A stretch of DNA of 64,000 nt from a bacterium (lineage in GTDB: Bacteria > Electryoneota > Electryoneia > Electryoneales > Electryoneaceae), in NCBI GenBank assembly GCA_963669175.1, contig OY769902.1, positions 3,488,001-3,552,000 on the forward strand, written 5' to 3'. A model generated the notes under the pieces. The model was not told the DNA's origin and made no database searches. It saw nothing but the letters and a program-made list of their open reading frames with translations. Below are positions 58,453 to 64,000 of this stretch, piece by piece; position 1 is the first letter of the stretch; each line of letters starts with the position of its first letter. A program made the position numbers and the translations under genes.

Positions 58453-60749
58453 GCTCCTCCCGATGGATACACCACCAGGCGATCTCCAACCTTCAATTGA
58501 CGGACATCGCGAATGTTATTCCAACGCTTCAAATCGCTGACAGTCACCTGATACCTGGATGCAATATCCCAAAGCGTATCGCCACGCCTGACAGTGTGTA
58601 CAACCTTGTTCGATTGAGTCTCTGGCACTGCTACAAGATTTTTTCCTGGAATTACAAGAACATCGCCAGGATGAATCTTGGCATACTTGCTCAGATTGTT
58701 TGCCATTAGCAATTCTTCAGTCGTAATTCCATGCGCGTTGGCAATGCTCCAGGGCGAATCACCTGAACGTACGGTGTAATTACCGGGGCTCACAGCTTGC
58801 GAGGACACCTGCGTACTCGAACCGGAAGTCTCGAATCCGGGAATAGTAAGCTTATCTCCGGGGTAAATGCTTGCTCCACGAGGCAAATTGTTCGCTCTCA
58901 GGAGCTCATCCGTACTTATGCCATGCGCAGAAGCAATACTCCAGGGTGAATCACCACGTCGAACCGTATATGTTCCCGTGGTCGAACGCCGTGGATTACT
59001 ACTTCCAGCGGGCTGATATACTACGAGCTTTTGCCCGACACGGATTATACTATGTTTATTAAGCCCATTCCAACTCAATAACTTCGAGAGACCGACATGA
59101 TAACTCTCTGCGATTTCCGACAATGTCTCCCCACTACGGACCGTATGATAGCTCTTTTCACCCTCTTTCCGAGCAGGCTTTTCATCGTACTCCGCGTAGT
59201 CCCCAGCAGTATATGCTCCATCCGGTGAAACCGGCACCAGCAGCCATTGTCCGGCACGTATGCGGTTCGGATTCGACAGGCGATTTGCCGGCACATCCAT
59301 GATCGCTCGCATGGATGTACCATAACGATCCGCGATCACGGAAAGCGCTTCACCATTCCGAACCTGGTGACGAACCCACGAAACTTTTTTTGCCGGCGGC
59401 AATGCTGCGAGCTTCTCTTCGAAGCCTTCGAGGTTCGTTCCTTTGCGAACATAAACGACTGCCGAATCCAGCGTCGGAGGTGTACACCATCGGAACATGG
59501 ATGGATTCAGAGATTTCAGCTCTTCTTCTTCGTGAGCCAGAATCTCTGCCAACGCGGCAAGATCAACTGTTTCACGAACGATCACACTGTCACGCTCTAT
59601 CGGCTCAACCCACACGATTGGCTCAAACCCGTATTCCTGTGGATTTTTAGCGATTCTGCGAGCAGCAAGAAATGTCGGCACATACCCGCGAGTCTGACGT
59701 GGCAAGCGACGCATCTTCCAGAAATCACGCGTGCTGGAACGCCTGATTTCACGTTGTACACGGTTCTCGCCGCAGTTGTACCCGGCAAATGCAAGGTACC
59801 AGTCGCCAAAGTCAGTGTATAGTTTTCTCAGGTATCGGCAAGCCGCAGCCGTAGAACGTTCAATATCGCGGCGTTCGTCATACCACCAGTTTGATTCGAG
59901 CCCCATGATCTTTCCGGTGGAATAGATAAACTGCCAGGGACCAACCGCCTTGGCGTAACTGCGAGCGTTCAGGTTGAAACCTGATTCGATCATGGCCAGG
60001 TACACCAGGTCTTCCGGCATACGATTGGCCCTGAGAACTGGAAGCATCCTTGGGATCACGGTGCCAGCACGTTCAAGCCAGACCGTCATAGCCTTACGAC
60101 CACGTTCATTGGTTGTGAAATAATCGACCAGGTTCTGCACTTTCTCGTTCATCGTATCCGGAATTTCCGGCAACAACAACAACTCCACTTCATAACCAAT
60201 TGCAGTCGTATCCAGGTCAACCAGGGTACTGTCATCTGTCAGCACGACATCCATACTGTCCTGTGACAGGGTTTCCAGCACAGCCAGGGTATCAACGGCG
60301 AGATCGGTCGAGCCGGCCATTTCCAGCACATCCATGGCGCTCATGCCTGTCCCCGGCGGGCCACAGACATCGGAAATAATGGCAAACGAAGCAGTATAGC
60401 GTTCCGACCAGTTTGACAACGAATCAATCCAGGCCTTGCGATCCAGCGTCTCGAGACGGGCCAATACCGATGCGACAGCCTGTATCCCCATCAAGACACT
60501 GCGTTCAGCTTCAAGTAGCCTGCCCTCAACGAGAAGTGTGTCAGCACGTGACACCCAATAAGGCGCCAGGACCAGGATGGTCTCAGTATCAAGCTGTTGG
60601 AAAGCAGGTGCTTGAATGGAATCAGGAGGTGGTGTATAGGTTATGTCCGGTTTCGAGTAGGAATCGATATCATCTGCAAAAACCAACCCGGACAACAATC
60701 CTGCCAGCAGGATCATGGTCAATAATGCACCAAGCTTTCGAACATTCAT
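58449..60749 (-). CDS. mltD: MltD-like lytic transglycosylase with five LysM domains
   Basis: LAMIESG, A.GPWQF, DERRD, AGYNCGE, TRGYVP; five LysM repeats; probable start ATG 60749. Confidence 0.88.
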   Translation of the reverse strand: MNVRKLGALLTMILLAGLLSGLVFADDIDSYSKPDITYTPPPDSIQAPAFQQLDTETILVLAPYWVSRADTLLVEGRLLEAERSVLMGIQAVASVLARLETLDRKAWIDSLSNWSERYTASFAIISDVCGPPGTGMSAMDVLEMAGSTDLAVDTLAVLETLSQDSMDVVLTDDSTLVDLDTTAIGYEVELLLLPEIPDTMNEKVQNLVDYFTTNERGRKAMTVWLERAGTVIPRMLPVLRANRMPEDLVYLAMIESGFNLNARSYAKAVGPWQFIYSTGKIMGLESNWWYDERRDIERSTAAACRYLRKLYTDFGDWYLAFAGYNCGENRVQREIRRSSTRDFWKMRRLPRQTRGYVPTFLAARRIAKNPQEYGFEPIVWVEPIERDSVIVRETVDLAALAEILAHEEEELKSLNPSMFRWCTPPTLDSAVVYVRKGTNLEGFEEKLAALPPAKKVSWVRHQVRNGEALSVIADRYGTSMRAIMDVPANRLSNPNRIRAGQWLLVPVSPDGAYTAGDYAEYDEKPARKEGEKSYHTVRSGETLSEIAESYHVGLSKLLSWNGLNKHSIIRVGQKLVVYQPAGSSNPRRSTTGTYTVRRGDSPWSIASAHGISTDELLRANNLPRGASIYPGDKLTIPGFETSGSSTQVSSQAVSPGNYTVRSGDSPWSIANAHGITTEELLMANNLSKYAKIHPGDVLVIPGKNLVAVPETQSNKVVHTVRRGDTLWDIASRYQVTVSDLKRWNNIRDVRQLKVGDRLVVYPSGGA

Positions 60750-60947
60750 CGTATGGAATTTCCTCGCGCTAAACGCTATTGTAAAGAATGTGTACAACTT
60801 ACACTACCAACTTGTTCCAAACAAGCCCTTCCTTCGCATTGGGCCTTACTCCGCCCCGGAGTCCTTTTATACACAAGTGTTGCATATTTTAAACAAGAAG
60901 TCTATCCTCAAAACAGGATATGAGGTTCCAACCAAAGAGGCAACAAG

Positions 60948-61775
60948 ATGGACCTGAAAGTGCTTACATCGCAAGTGGCAGAGGTCGCTCGCGGTGCTGG
61001 AGATTACCTGTGCAATGAACGCGACGCTATCGCCTACGATGATATCGACATCAAGGGGCGAGGCGATTTTGTCAGCCACGCGGACCACAATTCTGAAGCC
61101 ATGATTCGTGAAGCGCTGGAAAACCTCCTCCCCGGGAGTGTAGTCATGGGTGAAGAAGACAGCCCCCACGCCACCAGCCAGAGCTGGCGCTGGATTGTTG
61201 ATCCTCTTGATGGGACTACCAATTACCTGCAAGGTTTACCGGTTTACGCTGTCTCCATCGCCCTGGAAGACCGTCATGATCTGTCGCCGGACCAGTCTTA
61301 TGGCCCCCTTCTCCTTGGCGTGACCTACCTGCCCAAGCTGGATGTCATGTACACCGCGTTCAAGGATGGCGGTGCGTTTAAGGACGGCAACCCCATCCGA
61401 ATCAGCCAGAAAACGGACATGAAACGTTTCTGCCTGGCAACCGGGTTCCCCTTCCATTCTCATCAATACCTTGACGATTACCTGAAGATTTTCCACGACA
61501 TCTTTCTCAAAATCGGTAACGTCCGTCGCGCCGGAGCCGCTTGTGCCGACCTCGCCTGGGTAGCGGAAGGGGTGTTTGACGGTTTCTGGGAAATGGGCCT
61601 GAAACCCTGGGACATGGCCGCAGGAATAGTGCTGATCCGTGAAGCGGGCGGAGTCGTTTCAGACTTCTGGGGAAGCAATCCCCTGCCCAACGGCTGGCTG
61701 ATCGGCGGGAATCGGGTAGCATATGATGAATTGAGAAGGGTTGTGAATATGGTCTATCCCAATTCTGTTTTCTAA
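60948..61775 (+). CDS. suhB: Inositol monophosphatase family protein
   Basis: GEE, WIVDPLDGTTN, ATGFP, RR.G...DL, WD.AAG. Confidence 0.88.
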   Translation: MDLKVLTSQVAEVARGAGDYLCNERDAIAYDDIDIKGRGDFVSHADHNSEAMIREALENLLPGSVVMGEEDSPHATSQSWRWIVDPLDGTTNYLQGLPVYAVSIALEDRHDLSPDQSYGPLLLGVTYLPKLDVMYTAFKDGGAFKDGNPIRISQKTDMKRFCLATGFPFHSHQYLDDYLKIFHDIFLKIGNVRRAGAACADLAWVAEGVFDGFWEMGLKPWDMAAGIVLIREAGGVVSDFWGSNPLPNGWLIGGNRVAYDELRRVVNMVYPNSVF

Positions 61776-61784
61776 CTTACTATC

Positions 61785-63263
61785 ATGCTGATTCAGAATT
61801 CAAACACCAAGCTACGCCGTGTGGTTGTCCTTGGCCTGGATGGTTACCCGCATTCGTTGCTACTGGAACGGATGCAGCGCAGGTCGGGCTCGATCTGGCA
61901 CAAGCTGCTCGCGGAAGGTTCCCTCTACCGGACACGTTCCTCACGGCCCGAGGTCTCGTCGGTGGCGTGGGCGTCGTATCTGACCGGAGCGCAACCGGGC
62001 GAACATGGCCTGTTCGGGTTCGTGGATCGCACGCTGTCCCCTTTCCGGCTCTACTTTCCCAACGGCGCGCATCTCAAGCTGCCCACGTTACCGGAACGGG
62101 TGCATGAGGCAGGTGGCGTGGTCGTGTCGATTAACGTGCCTACAACCTTTCCCCCGAAATCGTTGAACGGGCTGATTGTGGGCGGATTCCTCGGGCTGAC
62201 ACTGGCGAAAAACGTGCAACCTGTTAGCTGGCTGGAACGTCTACAGAAACACGGCTACATCATCGATACCGACCCGGCCCTGGCGCACAGTGACCTGGAA
62301 GCGTTTTACCGTGCGCTGGAGCAGGCGCTGGAGGCACGGATCAACGCGGCCTGGGACGCAGCGAACGCGTTTGACTGGAACCTGCTGCAACTGCATATCA
62401 TGGAGACCGACCGCCTGTTCCATTTCTTCTGGGGACGTGATGACTGGAGCGACCGTTTTCATGTCCTGCTGGATAAGGTGGATAACGCGGTGGAACGCTT
62501 TGCGACCCTCGCAGAACAACAAGGCGCGGAGCTGGTGATCCTGTCCGATCACGGTTTCACCCGGAACAAACGCATCTTCTTCATCAACGCCTTCCTTCGC
62601 GCACAGGGCTATCTCGGCTTCGAGGGCGCTCGTCCGGGAATGGAAACCCTGTCCCCCGCCACACGGGCTTATGCGCTGGTGCCGGGACGAGTGTTCATCA
62701 ACCTGCGCGGACGTGAGCCCAACGGTACCGTATCACCGGGCGCAGACTACGAACAGGAACGGGACCGTCTGATCGGGCTGTTACGCGGGGTGCGTGATCC
62801 GCTGGACCAGGCCCCGGTGTTCAGCAAGGTGGTGAGGCGTGAGGATATCTATTCCGGGCCGTATGTCGACCAGGCCGCCGATGTGCTGGCTTTCCCCAAC
62901 GACGGCTACGATATTAAAGCTGATTTCGGCGCTACGGAGCTATTCCAGACACCTGGAGTACTGGTTGGTACTCATACGTATGGGAATGCGTTTTGTTATG
63001 TAAGAAACGAGCACTTCCCGACAGCAAGCAGTCGGGCCACGCTGCCCGATCACACGTCTCAAATGATCCCCGACAGCAAACAGTCGGACCAAACTTCCAT
63101 ACAACCTGATCACACACCCGACAGCAAACAGTCAGGCCAAGCCGCATTGCTTTCAGAAGGATTCCCGACAGCAAGCAGTCGGGCCAAGCTGCATATATGG
63201 AAAAATGATGAAGCGAACATAGCAGATGTGGGTGTCCTTGTTCGAAGGTTTCTAAGGCTATAA
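61785..63263 (+). CDS. Alkaline phosphatase superfamily phosphodiesterase/nucleotide pyrophosphatase with repeat-derived C-terminal insert
   Basis: VLGLDG, SSVAWAS..TG..PG.HG, TDRLFH, LSDHGF, GTH. Confidence 0.88.
   Translation: MLIQNSNTKLRRVVVLGLDGYPHSLLLERMQRRSGSIWHKLLAEGSLYRTRSSRPEVSSVAWASYLTGAQPGEHGLFGFVDRTLSPFRLYFPNGAHLKLPTLPERVHEAGGVVVSINVPTTFPPKSLNGLIVGGFLGLTLAKNVQPVSWLERLQKHGYIIDTDPALAHSDLEAFYRALEQALEARINAAWDAANAFDWNLLQLHIMETDRLFHFFWGRDDWSDRFHVLLDKVDNAVERFATLAEQQGAELVILSDHGFTRNKRIFFINAFLRAQGYLGFEGARPGMETLSPATRAYALVPGRVFINLRGREPNGTVSPGADYEQERDRLIGLLRGVRDPLDQAPVFSKVVRREDIYSGPYVDQAADVLAFPNDGYDIKADFGATELFQTPGVLVGTHTYGNAFCYVRNEHFPTASSRATLPDHTSQMIPDSKQSDQTSIQPDHTPDSKQSGQAALLSEGFPTASSRAKLHIWKNDEANIADVGVLVRRFLRL
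63017..63186. repeat. Four 23-nt palindromic direct repeats inside a CDS
   Basis: CCCGACAGCAA(G/A)CAGTC(G/A)G(G/A)CCA at 63017, 63069, 63117 and 63164. Confidence 0.9.
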
Positions 63264-63337
63264 TTCAAACATTCTTGAAAAGTTGAAACACAATCGTCCT
63301 GATACCACACTAACAGGTTTTTGCATATTATTCTTTC

Positions 63338-63478
63338 ATCCTTATCATCCTTTCCATCCTGTATGTCCTGTAAATACAACATATTCCTCATCCTTGGCAT
63401 CCTCCCATCCAATCATCCTGTAAGCTGTTTTCAATACCGACAACTTTGGAACTTTTCAACTTTCAAACCTTGAAACCT
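63338..63478. repeat. Short low-complexity repeats (CATCCT units; AACTTT/AACCTT octamer-like units)
   Basis: Multiple CATCC(T) units at 63337-63420 and ACTTTGGA-ACTTTTCA-ACTTTCAA-ACCTTGAA at 63443-63474. Confidence 0.6.
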
Positions 63479-63515
63479 CATGCTATCTTCCTGCAACAAC
63501 CAATCGGGACAGCAC

Positions 63516-64000
63516 ATGGACAGCATGTTAGCCACCTTGCAGAGCAAAGAATTCCTGGGAATCACGCTGGATCAATACAGCATTGCCTTCCTGGCGATCC
63601 TGGGCGGATTCCTGCTGCGCTGGATACTGGTCAGCCTGATCACCCATGCAGAGCGACGGGCGGAATCGACCACGACCACCTTTGACGAACTGATCCTGAA
63701 TGCGCTGGGGAAACCGGTCGGCTGGATATGTGTCCTCGCCGGGCTATGGGCAGCCTTTGTCTACCTGCCATTACCCAAGGAACCGGTGGATGTGGATAAA
63801 TTTGTTCGCGCCCTGTTACAGGCGGTGAGTGTAATTTTCGCCGTCTGGTTCCTGCTGCGGTTAACGGATGGCGTTACGACCTACCTGCGAGGCAAAGCGG
63901 CCGAATCCGAGAGCAAGCTGGATGATCAGTTGGTGCCGATTGCCCGGAATACGGCCAAGACGTTCTTCGTGGTCATCGGCGTGGTCGTTATCGCACAGGA
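63516..64000 (+). CDS. Mechanosensitive channel MscS family (YnaI-like), truncated by the window end
   Basis: Open frame MDSMLATLQ..TTTTFDELILNAL.KP..ESKLDDQLVPI.R..K with TM helices typical of the long MscS N-terminus. Confidence 0.75.
   Translation, partial: MDSMLATLQSKEFLGITLDQYSIAFLAILGGFLLRWILVSLITHAERRAESTTTTFDELILNALGKPVGWICVLAGLWAAFVYLPLPKEPVDVDKFVRALLQAVSVIFAVWFLLRLTDGVTTYLRGKAAESESKLDDQLVPIARNTAKTFFVVIGVVVIAQ

Noticed and set aside
63017-63186. CRISPR array interpretation of the four 23-nt repeats
   Set aside because: The repeats are degenerate, spacers are short and uneven, spacers 1 and 2 share GATCACAC, the array lies inside a CDS, and there are no cas genes or leader in the window.

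Overview
Bacterial chromosomal window of about 50% GC by eye. The organism is probably an FCB-superphylum diderm, inferred from a GWxTD protein, a SprE/PorW-like TPR lipoprotein, a long Bacteroidota/Chlorobi-type SecA and a bS22-type ribosomal mini-protein. Most genes are housekeeping: cstA, selB, hprK, hpf, xerC, topA, smg, secA, cdsA, rlpA, pyrDK, cobB, rpsT, guaB, hslVU, mreBCD-mrdA-rodA, purHN, rimO, ftsY, nadK, xseAB, HU, sppA, mltD and suhB. The notable elements are: (1) a poly-gamma-glutamate locus pgsB-pgsC-pgsW without capA, followed by an unknown exported protein and an outer-membrane beta-barrel, which together may be a diderm PGA export machine; (2) an IS110/IS1111-type element whose 3' non-coding end carries a segment complementary to its own insertion flank, a putative bridge/seekRNA; (3) several families of nested palindromic REP/REPIN-like repeats, one of them lying in-frame inside a CDS; (4) a GH2-fold membrane protein that appears to lack both catalytic glutamates; (5) a TPR lipoprotein fused to a TonB C-terminal-like domain; (6) a frameshifted DUF72 gene and a 30-aa ribosomal protein gene missed by the ORF track. 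I recognised no tRNA, rRNA or CRISPR-cas. All calls come from reading motifs by eye; no database searches were run.
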